Shown one piece after another: positions 12,707-24,717 of a stretch of DNA of 64,000 bases. The DNA is taken from NCBI RefSeq assembly GCF_001194135.2, contig NC_068984.1, positions 17,489,391 to 17,553,390 of the forward strand. Direction: 5' to 3'. The notes beneath the pieces were generated by a model. It saw only the letters and a list, made by a program, of their open reading frames with translations. It was not told the DNA's origin and did not search any database. The stretch is from Octopus bimaculoides. Taxonomy: Eukaryota. The position numbers were made by a program, and so were the translations under genes. Within the stretch, counting starts at the first letter, position 1. Each line of letters begins with the position of its first letter.

Positions 12707-12870
12707 ATGGTCATTCTTCAGTTTCCGCCTACCAAATCCCACTCATAAAGCTTTGGTCAACTGATGGCTGTAGTAGAAGACACTTGTCCAAGGTGCCATG
12801 CAGTGGGACTGAACCTGTAACCATGTGATTGGGAAGCAAGCTTCTTGCCATACAGCCATGCCTGTGCCTA
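12410..12870 (-). mobile_element. SINE family A with expanded (CA)n
   Basis: Tail, body and head present; about 100-bp CA tract inside. Confidence 0.88.
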
Positions 12871-13029
12871 TAAAATCATGTCTTTGCCCACAAACTGATT
12901 TTTAAAAGAAATGATATTGTTGCTATTATGCAAAAGTGTCGTAAGTTTAAAACGTTGCTTTTTCAGAAAACGGAAAAATAGTTCCACCCTTCCATAGCAA
13001 AACTGTTGTACTACACTTTGATAACTTTT

Positions 13030-13226
13030 GATATCTAGGCACAAGGCCTGAAAGTTTTGCAGAGTGGGCTAGTTGATTAGATCGACCCCAGTACGCAACT
13101 GGTACTTAATTTATTGACCCCCCAAAAGTCAACCTTGGTGGAATTTGAACTCAGAACGTAACGCCAGATGAAATACCGCTAAGCATTTCGCTCGGCATGC
13201 TAACGTTTCTGCCAGCTCGCCGCCTT
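13030..13226 (-). mobile_element. SINE family B monomer
   Basis: ctaggcacaaggcctgaaa..gaatttgaactcagaacg..ctgccagctcgccgcc. Confidence 0.88.
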
Positions 13227-13454
13227 ATACAAAAATAAATATTGAAAAAAATGCATTTGGCCAAATTTGGACATACGACAGTTGAACATAAAAGCAATGA
13301 TATGTATTTTCCTTTACTAAGTTAAACAAGTTCTTTAAATCTAGCTCAGTTCTATAAGTGAATGGAAGGTGGAATTCTGGATAGAGAATGATTTGTGGAA
13401 GCTTTGTGACTGAGAAATTGTTTCAGAAATATTTTAATCTCATCAAATTCTTTT

Positions 13455-13927
13455 ATTCTTTTCTTTTATTCATTTACTTGTTTCAATCATTTGACTGTGG
13501 CCATGCTGGAGCACAGCCGTAAAGGGTTGTTTTTTTTTCAGTCAAAGAAATCAACCTTGGGGCTCATTCCTTGTAAGCCTAGTACTTATTCTATCGGTCT
13601 CTTCAGCAAAAAAAGACCAATAGAATAAGTACGTGGACATAAACAGACCAACATCAGTTGTCAAGTGATGGTGGGGCCAAACACAGTCACAAAGACACAC
13701 ACATAGTATATACACGCACATAGTATACACACACACACACTCACACACACATACACACATGCACAATGGACTTCTTTCAGTTTCTGTCTACCAAATCCTC
13801 TCACAAGGCTTTGGTCAGTGCAAGGTTATAGTAGAAGACACTTGCCCAAGGTGGCATGCAGTGGGACTGAACCTGAACCATGAGGTTGGGAAGCAAGCTT
13901 CTTACCACAGAGCCATGCCTTGTGCCT
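13455..13927 (-). mobile_element. SINE family A
   Basis: Tail, body and head recognisable. Confidence 0.88.
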
Positions 13928-14119
13928 GTCTAATGAGTTTTAACACTGCTCCACATGAATCGGTTCTGCCTCAAGCACACTGGGTTTTAATGAACTTTAA
14001 CCCTTTTGACCCCACAGGATGCCTGGGACCACTCCTGGTTCGATGATACAAACTTTCTGTTTTAGTGATTTGAATTAAAACATTTACATCAAAATTTCAT
14101 GTTAATTTATGTTAATTTA

Positions 14120-14686
14120 TTCTTTTACTTGTTTCAGTCATTTGACTGTGGCCATGCTGGAGCACCGCCTTTAGTCGAGCAAATCGACCCCAGGACTTAG
14201 TCTTTGTAAGCCTAGTACTTATTCTATCGGTCTCTCTTGTTGAACTGCTAAGTTACGGGGATGTAAACACACCAGCATCGGTTGTCAAGTGATGTTTGGG
14301 GGACAAACACAGACACACAAACATATACACACACATACATACATATATATATATATATACATATATACGAGTGGTTGGCATTAGGAAGGGCATCCAGCTG
14401 TAGAAACTCTGCCAGATCAGATTGGATCCTGGTGTAGCCATCTGGTTCGCCAGTCCCCAGTCAACTCATCCAATCCATGCTAGCATGGAAAGCGGACGTT
14501 AAATGATGATGACGATGATGATGATGATGATGATGATGATGGACTTCATTCAGTTTCCGTCTACCAAATCCACTCACAAGGCTTTGGTCGGCCTGAAGCT
14601 ATAGTGGAAGACACTTGCCCAAGGTGCCACGCAGTGGGAATGAACCCAGAACCACGTGGTTGGTAAGCAAGCTGCTCCTGCACCTA
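14120..14686 (-). mobile_element. SINE family A interrupted by a family C insertion
   Basis: A tail half 14120-14368 and head half 14540-14686; flanking atgttaattta duplication. Confidence 0.88.
14370..14540 (+). mobile_element. Repeat family C (RTE-related, (GAT)n tail), 5'-truncated, nested in A
   Basis: ggttggcattaggaagggcatccagctgtagaaac..catggaaagcggacgttaaatgatgatga. Confidence 0.88.
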
Positions 14687-15389
14687 TGTTAATTTACGTT
14701 TTGAACAACAGCTTAATAATGACAAAGTTATTTTATTTCAGTATTTTCCAAAATAACTGAAACAAAGTCTGTATATTGCAACAGAAACAGAGTAATGAAA
14801 GGGTCTCTGCTTCACCCACTACTTTTACTCCTTCATGGCTATATTCATAATGTAATACTGCTTTGTGTTTATGTTAATTTTAAAAAGAATCAAGAAACCA
14901 CAGGCATTTGTTTTTACATTTATCTCTTTACTAAACTGTTGTTTGGAATATCATTTATAAAAAGAAAAACAAACATATTCTTACATGAAGTTATGCTGAT
15001 GCAGTGTTTTAATTTGAATATAAAGACTTTAAAACAGGAAATTTTTGTATCAGAATCCGTGCCGGTCCCAGGTGATTGGTATTGAGAGGGTTAAAGAACA
15101 AAGAAGACAGCTTGATATGAAAATGAAAAAGAATAAAGACAGAGAGAGAGGGGGAGGGAAGGAGAGCAAGCGAGAGTGAGAGAGAGAGAGAGAGAAAGAG
15201 AGAGAGTTCTCTTTGGCTTTCTGAAATCTTTGTATATATTTCTTGAAATCTTCCCAAATTTTATAAATGCATATTTTGTAAGAAGAGTCTTCACAGTATG
15301 AGACGAAATGAAAACATTTTACTCAAATGGCATGTTTTTAAAGTAACACACAACACTGTAATTTCTTTCTTTTGTAACTTCCTGTTCAG

Positions 15390-15422
15390 GTAAATTAACT
15401 GCGTATTCGTGTTCACCAAAAG
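15390..15422 (+). CDS. Candidate 33-bp microexon (GKLTAYSCSPK, phase 1-1)
   Basis: Strong acceptor atttctttcttttgtaacttcctgttcag and donor AAG|GTAAGA; only the phase-1 frame is open; length is a multiple of 3. Confidence 0.4.
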
Positions 15423-15644
15423 GTAAGATATCTGCAGCTACTCTGATGTGGTAAGTTCCAAATACTTGGGTCATCCTCATGTAGAAATTATGTCTTCTAG
15501 GACACTATAATTTGAGAAACTCAGTCTCTGAGGAATTTGGTCTTTAGTTTGCCTCATCATCATCATCATCATCATCATCATCGTCGTCGTCGTCGTCGCC
15601 GTCGTCGTCACCATCACCACCACCACCACCTCCATCATCATTGT

Positions 15645-15850
15645 CATCATTTAAAGTCTGTTTTCCATGCTGGCATGGGTTGGATGATTTGACAGGAGCT
15701 GGTCAGCTGGGGAGCTGCCCAGGCTCCATGTCTGTTTTGGCATGGTTTCTATGGCTGGACACCCTTCCTAATGCCGACCACTTTACAGAATGTACTGGAT
15801 GCTTTTTATGTGGCACTGGCATCGGTGCTTTTTGTGTGGCACTGGCACAC
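15645..15850 (-). mobile_element. Repeat family C, diverged
   Basis: Preceded by (cat)n; ttccatgctggcatgggttgg..acccttcctaatgccgaccac. Confidence 0.8.
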
Positions 15851-15984
15851 CACAAGATTAGGAATGCTCAGCTGAAGAAGGATGCAGGAGGACATGCCTG
15901 TGTGCAAGGACTAAAACCCCAGGCTGACAAATTCCTTGTGAGTAAATTTGACAGATGGAAACCGTGTGGAAGCCTGTCATATAA

Positions 15985-16225
15985 ATATATGTATATATGT
16001 GTGCCTTTGTGTTTGTGTTTGTTCCTCCTCATTGCTTGACAACTGCTGTTGGTTTGTTAATATCCCTGTAACACACAGGTTTGGCAAAAGCAACTGATAG
16101 AATAAGTACCAGACTTGAAACGGAAAAAAGAGTATAGGGGCTTGATTTGTATGGCTAAACTCTTCAAGGCCATGCCCCAGCATGGCTGCAGTCTAATGAC
16201 TGAAACAAGCAAAAGACAAAAGAAA
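15985..16225 (+). mobile_element. SINE family A 3' half
   Basis: gcttgacaac..gatagaataagtacc..cagcatggctgcagtctaatgactgaaacaag. Confidence 0.78.
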
Positions 16226-16234
16226 AAATAAACA

Positions 16235-16407
16235 TAGGCGTAGGAGTGGTTGTGTGGTAAGTAGCTTGCTTACCGACCACATGGTTCTGGGTTCAGTCCC
16301 ACTGCGTGGCACCTTGGGCAAGTGTCTCCTATAATAGCCTCGGGCCGACCAAAGCCTTGTGAGTGGATTTGGTAGACAGAAACTGAAAGAAGCCCATCGT
16401 ATACATG

Positions 16408-16472
<65 letters not shown>

Positions 16473-16675
16473 TTTTGTGTCTGTGTTTGTCCCCCCAACA
16501 TCGCTTGACAACCGATGCTGGTGTGTTTGTGTCCCCGTAACTTAGCGGTTCGGCAAAAGAGAGCCAATATAATAAGTACTAGGCTTACAAAGAATAAGTT
16601 GTGGGGTCGATTTGCTCGACTAAAGGCGGTGCTCCAGCATGGCCACAGTCAAATGACTGAAACAAGTAAAAGAGA
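16235..16675 (+). mobile_element. SINE family A, full-length
   Basis: taggcgtaggagtggttgtgtggtaag..gggttcagtcccactgcgtggcaccttgggcaagtgt..gactgaaacaagtaaaagag. Confidence 0.93.
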
Positions 16676-17789
16676 TATAAATAATAAAAAAGTAAAATGG
16701 TTGTGAAGTCAGTGTATTACAAGATGGAGAAAAATAGTGATGTTAATATTTTGGGCAATATGTCCTTTGTCAAGATTGGTTGAAAAAGAAAATTTCTTGG
16801 GAAAAGGCATAGTAGATAATGTTGAAATTGAAATAAGCAGAGGATGATGGTTACTGGAAGAGGAGAGTGACAAGGCAGTTAGTGAACATCAATCATACAT
16901 AGAAAGAAATAGAATGATTAGCTGAGAGTAAGTCTGTATGCATGCACAAATACATTTATGTATTGCATGTATGCATTCATATGTATATGTGTGTGTATGT
17001 ATAAGTGCATGTATGCATGTATATATGTTTGTATTTATGCTTGTATGTGTGTGGTTAGGAGAGAGTTTGATAATATGTATGCATGACTGGGGGATTAACA
17101 GGGTAAGTAACAGCAAAATGAAGTGTGTGTGTGTGTGTGTGTATGTGTGTGTGTAAGAATATGATGAAGTGAGTTTGTTCAAGGAAAATGTGGGTTGGAT
17201 TGGAAGAAATGTAAGTTACAAATGATGGAGTACTCAAGGGATCAGGTGATGGTAAAATAGATGGTGAGGAGGAAGAGAACGACGCTGATAATCTGGTAGG
17301 TGCTGAGGAAAGGGAGCAGAAGAAAATTCAGTAGTTAGCGCATAATACTGGGCTGCTTTGATGGCTAGTTGAGGATAACGCTGTCAAAGAACAAGTGAAT
17401 CCTTTAGTGGGATTTAGCTTGGATGTCAGAGTTTTAGCTATAGAGGAAGCAGAGACACATAAATCATAAGTAGGAGTAAGTGTGAATGGGGTGATATGAG
17501 GAGACATTGAGGAACCGGTGAATCAGCAGATTTAGGAAAGATGTTGGGTAAGAGGATGGAATGGTTAATTGAAACAGATGAAGACATTAAGAAAAACATT
17601 AAAGGTGGTATTTTGTGAATTATAAAAAAAGATGAAAGGTGTTGACAAAGGTAATACGAGAAATAAGTTGTTTGTGGGTTACTAGCTTAACTCTGAGTAA
17701 AGTCTCAATAAAGGGACCATTTTTGTCTGTAATATGGTTTCCCTCAACCTGCCATCTATGCACCCTTAACCCATGTTTTTTCTGTATCT

Positions 17790-18372
17790 AGCTTCATTTC
17801 ATTCCCTTTCACCTTCCATCCTTTCACCAGATTTCTCCACCACACTGTCATGTGTGACTGCCATTTCCTCAAATCCAGTCATGCCATGTCTCACAACTTT
17901 CCGGAACAACCTCTCCTTTTCTTCAGATGCAACTTCAGCCTCTGTTAACTTCTTGTCTATATTTCTTTCAACCTTTGCCACACCCAGCTTTGACAGTTTA
18001 CTTGCTTTAGTTCCGTTTTAGCACTCATGTCTTTGGCCATCCCTTTATTACCCAACATGGTGTAAGCTTCACTTTTTAAATCCTTGACCACTTTATATGC
18101 ATGTCCAAAAACATAACCTTTTGCTTTAAATGCTGATTGCATGCTTAATACATAAGAAATCTGGTAAAAGGCTAGCTGATGGAATTAGAGAGCATCTGCT
18201 GGATATCCATCAGAATGGCAAAGGATGTGTTCAAACTATTGCTTGACTCTTCAGTTCTGTGGGTCATTCCTACATCTTGCCATCTTTTCTTCTACAACAT
18301 CTTCCAAGAACAACAGTTAATTTTCTGATTGGAGACAGCAGCCCGATCAGGTGTTATTCTTATTTATCATTC
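17790..18372 (+). mobile_element. Penelope-like element GIY-YIG endonuclease relic
   Basis: Frameshifted PFTFHP..FPEQPLLFFR..LLV, ILDHFICMSKNITFCFKC..YI, GKRLADGIREHL..FSSVGHS, EQQLIF*LET match the PLE linker and GIY-YIG domain. Confidence 0.72.
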
Positions 18373-18374
18373 AT

Positions 18375-18733
18375 CTTTTATTTGTTTTAGTCATTAGACT
18401 GCGGCCATGCTGGTGCACTGCCTTGAGGAATGAATCGACCCCAGTACATTTTTATAAGGTTGGTACTTATTCTATTGGTCTCTTTTGCCAAACTACTAAG
18501 TTATGGGGACATTAAAACATTAACACCGGTGGTCAAGCTGTGGTGGTGGAAACACACACACACACACACGCACATACACACACATTCAGTGGGCTTCTCT
18601 CAGTTTCCATCTATGAAATCACTCACAAGGCTTTGGTTGGCCCAAGACTGTAGTAGGAGACACTTGTCCAAGATGCCACAGAACCATGTGGTTGGGAAGC
18701 AAGTTTCTTACCACACAGCTACACCTGTGCCTA
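18375..18733 (-). mobile_element. SINE family A
   Basis: Tail, body and head recognisable; inserted just after the PLE relic. Confidence 0.85.
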
Positions 18734-19277
18734 TATTGATTGACTTTTCTCTAATCTATGCCCTAAATTCAACCTGCTCCCTTCCACTGGCCTTTCACAC
18801 ATACAAAAGTCTTTGTTTCCACCTAAAACTATTTTTTCTAGGGTCATTATCTTCACTTCTGCTCCCTTTCTTTTTGCTTTCACACAAGCTATGTCCATAT
18901 CACCGTGCCTTGTACCTACCTATACTACTTCCAGTCCCACTCATACTCACACTTACACTCACTCACAAACATGCATGCTACATACCTACATCGATGCACT
19001 TCACAACTACATGCCCTACTAATCCCTACCTACACTCGCGCACACACACACCGTCAAAATTCTCTCCCACCCCATCACACTCTCATACATAGCATATACA
19101 TACCAATTACTTATTTGTATGTATGTTATCTTATCTCTTTCCATGCATTGATCAATGTTTTCTCCCCCTGTCATCACACTCTTCTCTGTCAGAAACCACA
19201 AATTTCTGTCCAACTCCATTTTGACATTATTTAGCATGCTGCCTTTATCACACACACACATATACATGTACACAGAG

Positions 19278-19314
<37 letters not shown>

Positions 19315-19739
19315 TGCACATACACACACACACATGCATGCACGCACACACATTTGCTTTATGCAAATAACTTTTTTCTCCTTTTTCTCAACCTACCTAT
19401 CTTAAGAAAGCACAAATTGTCCAAAACATCAATATTTCTTCGTTTGCTTCACAATATAACACATTAACTTTGTTACTCGCTTTTTTTTTCTTTTCATTCG
19501 CTTGTTTTCCTTCATAATTTCCATTCAATAAATTCATCTGACTACCAGCAGTACATAGAACTGTCTGTGGTTTGTTGTTATTAAGTCAATAGTTATCACT
19601 ACTTAGATCATCATATTTGTAAATTGGCGTAAATCATAGAACACTATTATTTTTGACCAACAGTTTACAACTTTTTACTGTTGCTACCTATTCTGATCAA
19701 ATCAATATTCCTTTATGGCGGCCTTTTTTTTCTTTTTCA

Positions 19740-20095
19740 ATATTGAGATAGATAACATGAAAGCGTATTCGAAATGAGATTATTGAAGAATGGAATGGAG
19801 TGAATGCTGGGATCACAGAATAGCAGAAACACAAGTTCTGCTGGGCTGGATATGTTGTAAGGTTCACAGACAACAGGTGGACCTGTGCAGTTGTAGAGTG
19901 CTATCCAAGAGATTGGAAAAGGCTGTCTTGAAGGCTTCCATGATGAGGAGAAGATGATTTGGATAAGTAAATAGTACCAAGATGTAAAAGAATGGATGGC
20001 ACAATGAAGACAGAATTGGAAGCTCACTGTGACTAGCAATGTATAACAACATCTGATGGCCTGGTCAATACTGTAATACTGTGAGATAAATGATG
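19740..20095 (+). mobile_element. RTE-clade LINE 3' fragment
   Basis: WAGYVVRFTDNRWTCAVVECYPRDWKR matches the RTE RT C-terminus (WAGHVAR..DNRW..W.P...R); followed by (aac)n. Confidence 0.8.
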
Positions 20096-20129
20096 AAAAA
20101 AGCAACAACAACAACAACAACAATGATAA

Positions 20130-20690
20130 TAATTCTTTCTACTATAGGCTCAAGACTGGAAATTCACTGAGACTAGTTAATTACAGAAGGCACATGGCTC
20201 AGTGGTTAGAGTGTTGGGCTCACAATCTTGAGGTAGTGAGTTCAATTCCTGGACCAGGCTGTATGTTGTATCGTTGAGCAAGACACTTTATTTCATGTTG
20301 CTCCAGTTCACTCAGCTGTAGAAATGAGTTGCGATGTCACTGGTGCCAAGCTGTATCGGCCCCTTTGCCTTTCCCTTGGACAACATTGGTAGTATGGAGA
20401 GGGGAGACTGGTATACAAGGGAGACTGCTGGTCTTCCATAAACAACCCTGCCCGAACTTGTACCGTGAAGGGTCACTTTCTAGCTGTTATCCCATGATCA
20501 TTCATAACTGAAAGGGTTCTTTACCTTTTACCCTAGTCGATTACATCAACTCCAGAGCTCAACTGGTGCTTAATTTATTGAGCCTAAAAAGATGGAAGGC
20601 ATAGTCAACTTCAGCAGAATTTCAGATGGGCAAAGTGCCCTTAAGTATTTTGTCTGGCTGCTAAGGACTCTTCCAACACACTGCTTTAAT
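20130..20690 (-). mobile_element. SINE family B split by a family E insertion
   Basis: B tail 20130-20185 and body 20532-20690; near-duplicate ctagttaattaca/ctagtcgattaca flanks E. Confidence 0.7.
20187..20530 (+). mobile_element. SINE family E (tRNA + CORE-like), full-length
   Basis: tggctcagtggttag (box A), gagttcaattcct (box B), ttgagcaagacactt..ttgctccagttcactcagctgt; homologous to 36795-37135. Confidence 0.88.
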
Positions 20691-20839
20691 ATTCTTTTCT
20701 ACTCTAGGCACAAGGCCTATAAATTTTGACTCGCTGCTTTATCTAAGGTGTGCATCTGTTAAAATGTGGAGGCATGTGACTGAGTGGTTTGGGTATTGGA
20801 CTCATAATTGTAAGACTGTGGTTTCGATTGGTGACACGT

Positions 20840-21082
20840 AGAAACACTATTTGAGCATGGCCGTTGCCAGTACCACCTGACTGGCCCTCGTGCCAGTGGC
20901 ATGTAAAAGCACCCACTACACTCTCTGAGTGGTTGGCGTTAGGAAGAGCATCCAGCTGTAGAAACTCTGCCAGATCAGATTGGAGCCTGGTGCAGCCATC
21001 TGGCTCACTAGTCCCTTGTCAAACCGTCTAACCCATGCCAGCATGGAAAGTGAACGTTAAACGATGATGATGATGATGATGA
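20840..21082 (+). mobile_element. Repeat family C
   Basis: gtggcatgtaaaagcacccactacactc..aggaagagcatccagctg..gttaaacgatgatga. Confidence 0.88.
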
Positions 21083-21207
21083 TTTACATTATTTACATTT
21101 ACAAGACACCTGATGAAGGCTGGAGGGTATATCAGCCGAAATGTTGTGTTAACAACAAACTAGGTGAGGACAAATATTCGTCAAATACAAATAATGTAAA
21201 TAATGTA
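21083..21207 (+). mobile_element. Fragment of hammerhead-bearing repeat (same family as 46484-46670)
   Basis: gacacCTGATGAaggctggagggtatatcagccGAAAtgttgtgtt at 21105-21150; near-identical to rc of 46573-46618. Confidence 0.8.
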
Positions 21208-21334
21208 TGGAAAATAGATGTTAAAAGACTGATGGTGATGACGATGTAGAAACATGTTTCAAGTGTCCTTCTTTATTTATAACAGTGTAATGTGATTTGA
21301 TGAAAGTGTTAGCTAATATTTCTAGCATTACAAG

Positions 21335-21592
21335 GCAGAATCATTAGCTGGCAGAATCATTATTACGGCAGATAGAACGCTTAGTAGCATTTCAATCCAC
21401 TTACAAGCTCTGAGTTCAAATGCTACTGCAGTTGACTTTTGCCTGTCATACTTTCAAAATCGATGAAATAAGTACAAGTTGAGTACTGAAGGGTCAATAA
21501 AATAAGTACCGATTAAGCACTGGGGTCAATGTAATTTGATTTATCCCTTTCCCCAAAACTGCTGGCCCTGTGCCAAATTTTGCAACCAATAT
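21335..21592 (+). mobile_element. SINE family B
   Basis: gctggcagaatcatta..gagttcaaatgc..gataaaataagtacc..ggccctgtgccaaatttt. Confidence 0.78.
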
Positions 21593-21609
21593 TTCTCGCA
21601 ATTCAAGCA

Positions 21610-22110
21610 AACGATACCGAAGCTAATCAATGACATCTCCTCGAGTGCTTGAAGTGTTTTCTGTAGATGTTCTGATTCTATGTTGAAGCCGTGATTCATG
21701 CATTCACCAGGTTTTTAAAGGATTCTTTTCAATTACTTCACGACCTATCATAAAACCAACAGCACTCGTATTACCTAAAATTCTTCTATATAACTCTTAT
21801 TCTATACTGCTTTAAATTTCACTTCCTATACAGAATACACATCCTGTTATCTCCGACTGAATATATTTTCTTGCAAAGTATTGTGCTTCGTGTGAACGTG
21901 TCCCTTGAGGTTTAACTTCTTGTTATTGGTTTACACTTCAATACCAATGAGACATGAAGGAAGTCCTCTAGAATTTGGTATGAAAGCAAAATAATCAGCA
22001 CAACTCACTGTTAAGCTTTCTGTTTTCATCTTGTATACCTCTTTTCTTTGAAGTTATTTTCTTATTCTTGATATTAATGTTCCTATCAGTTTCATCCCTG
22101 TGCTATAGAA
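21610..22110 (-). mobile_element. Degenerate hAT transposase N-terminus (SPIN/GTF2IRD2/EPM2AIP1-like)
   Basis: KKRGIQDENRK, YFAFIPNSRGLPSCLI, TNNKKLNLKGHVHTKH, NTSAVGF..REVI, ESEHL across frameshifts. Confidence 0.72.
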
Positions 22111-22715
22111 GAAATAAGTGTCTACATTCTGAGCAAAATTAAAAGTATCAATAGAGATCTTTATATATNNNNNNNNNNNNNNNNNNNNNNNNNNNNNNNN
22201 NNNNNNNNNNNNNNNNNNNNNNNNNNNNNNNNNNNNNNNNNNNNNNNNNNNNNNNNNNNNNNNNNNNNNNNNNNNNNNNNNNNNNNNNNNNNNNNNNNNN
22301 NNNNNTATATATATGTGTGTGTGTGTGTTAATACACATATTTACATGCACACACACACACACATACATACTGACACATGCATATGCATACAGATACGTTC
22401 ACACACTCACACACACACAAGCGCATTTACATAAACACATAAAATATATTTAGAAAGGAAAAAAAAGAAAGAGAAGAGACAGGATGTGAGTTTGTCACAC
22501 ACTCACACACGTATAAATATCTGCACAAATGTACATATGGACAGATACACACATGCATATACAGACGCACACACACACAAACACTTGCATGTAGACACAT
22601 ATATGCGTAAGGTAGATACATATATGCACACACACACACGAGGAAATTTAAATATTGAGAATAACTGTAGACATTCATATCTTTTGGATTATAAAAAGAC
22701 TACAAAGAATATTGT

Positions 22716-23020
22716 GGAGGTGCAATGGCCCAGTGGTTAGGGTAGCAGACTCACGGTCGGAGGATCACAGTTTCGATTCCCAGACTGGGCGTTGTGTGCG
22801 TTTATTGAGCGAAAACACCTAAAGCTCCACGAGGCTCTGGCAGGGGATGGTGGCGACCCCTGTTGTACTCTTTCGCCCCAACTTTCTCTCACTCTTTCTC
22901 CCTGTTTCTTGAGTAACACTGCAATGAACTGGTGTCCCGTCCAGCTGGGAGGAACACATACACCATAGAAACCAGGAAACTGGGCCCATGAGCCTGGTTA
23001 GGCTTTGAAAGGGCACATAA
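22716..23020 (+). mobile_element. SINE with family D head but a different 3' body
   Basis: About 190 bp match 3497-3690, then ctggtgtcccgtccagctggg..catagaaaccaggaaactgggcccatgagcc. Confidence 0.8.
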
Positions 23021-23454
23021 ATAATAATAACAAGGAATATTAAATTGGTATACAACACAATATGTTTTCCTGAGGAATTTTCGATGGTCCAAATACATAC
23101 ATCTGAAACATTCACACTCTTCTGAATTGTCTTGATGCTTCAACCAAAATATGGTAATTACCGTATTTTAATTTCTTAAACTTAGGAGCAAAATCTTTCT
23201 TGTGTGGATGGTGAATTTAGTTCTTAGTGGGTAAAACAAAAAAAAAAATTGCTATTCGAACTTAACTTCGATTTGCTTTGTATAGAAAGGTGTGTGTTTG
23301 TGTGTGTGTGCATGTGTGTGTGTGTATGTGAGTGTGTGTGTGCACATGTGAGTGTGTGTGTGCATGTGTGTATGTGTGTGTGTGCGTGTGCATGTGTGTG
23401 TATGTGTGTGTATGTGTGTGTGAGTGTGTGTGCGTGAGCATGTATGTGTGCAAG

Positions 23455-23725
23455 TGTGTAGTTTTTTTTAAAACCTGGTACTTTATTGGTCTATTTTGCT
23501 AAACTGCTAAGTTATGGGGACATAAAGACACCAACACTGGTTGTCAAGTGGTGGGGGACAAATGCAGACACAATAACACACACACACACACGCATGATGG
23601 GCTTCTTTCAGTTTCCATCTACCAAATTCACTCACAAAGCTTTGGTCAACCTGAGGCTATAGTAGAAGACACCTGCCCAAGGTACCATGCGGTGGAACTG
23701 AACCTAGACCCATGTGGTGAAAAGC
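23455..23725 (-). mobile_element. SINE family A, partial
   Basis: ctaagttatggggac..cacaaagctttggtc..cccaaggtaccatgc; a further A tail fragment at 23768-23835. Confidence 0.8.
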
Positions 23726-24644
23726 ATATATGTATGTGTTTGTGTGAAATGTGTAATTCGCAGTTATTCTTTTATTGTTTTACTCGCTTCAGTCATTGGA
23801 CTGTGACCACACTGGAGCAACCCTTTCAAGGGATTAAGTTCATTATGTCAAAAACAACATCATCCATCTAACCTTTTTCTGTTACAACAGCCTTTGAATA
23901 ACAACCCTGTTTATATATGCGAGAGAACGTCTGCACATGATGCATGCATGACTTTGAGTGTGTAAGCGTGTGAGTGTGCATATCTTTTATGTATGAACAT
24001 GTGAGCGCATATATTTATTATGTATGAGGGGTAAATTATGTGTGTGATCGAGCCTCTGTAGCATATCACTTCTTATGTGGTCAAGTCAGATTATCAAATT
24101 AATGATACACACAAAACTAACTGAAGGCAGCAAGCTAAGTTGAAAAGGATGTCTTCTTTCATCATCTTAACCAAAGATATATCATTATTTTTATGCCAGT
24201 TCCTATCCTTCAAATTATGTCTTTCTGCTGACTCTTCTTACCTGATCCTACAATGCTTTCTGCTTCTTTCATCTTAGTTGTGTTACACTTCTCTCAGTCA
24301 AATATTTCTAGTTCAATACTTCATGTTTCCCCCCTCCCCCTCCCCCCCTCACATTCACACCATGTCTCAATCCCAAGACATCTGTATCAGCAATTTTGCC
24401 TTTTTACTTCCTCATTATAGCTGTATCATGCTGAGTCTGTGTGGAAACCTCTCTGTGGTCATTTAACAAGGTAGAAATAACAGCTAAAATTAACTGAAAT
24501 AATAACATACCGTCTTAATAATGAAAGGATGCAATAGATAATGTCGTTCTAAAACGCCCCTAAAAAGACAGGATGGCTACCTCTTGGATGTTTGACTAAA
24601 TAACAAACAACGATGCCACTACATCATATGCCCACTTAAACCAC

Positions 24645-24717
24645 GGGCATATGGCATAGTGGTTAAGAGTGCAGGCTACTAACCCCAAGATTCCAAGTTC
24701 GATTTCATGTAGTGACC
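24645..24717 (+). mobile_element. tRNA-derived SINE head (not a functional tRNA)
   Basis: tggcatagtggttaag (box A), caagttcgattt (box B); no acceptor-stem closure; followed by an (aat)-rich tract. Confidence 0.65.

Noticed and set aside
16900-17700. Minus-strand PLE-like peptide traces
   Set aside because: Similarity is too weak to call and the segment does not match the adjacent + strand relic at nucleotide level.
22009-22102. Apparent minus-strand exon with strong splice sites (HRDETDRN..ENRKLN)
   Set aside because: It is the N-terminus of the degenerate hAT transposase that continues past the donor; the splice signals are probably coincidental.
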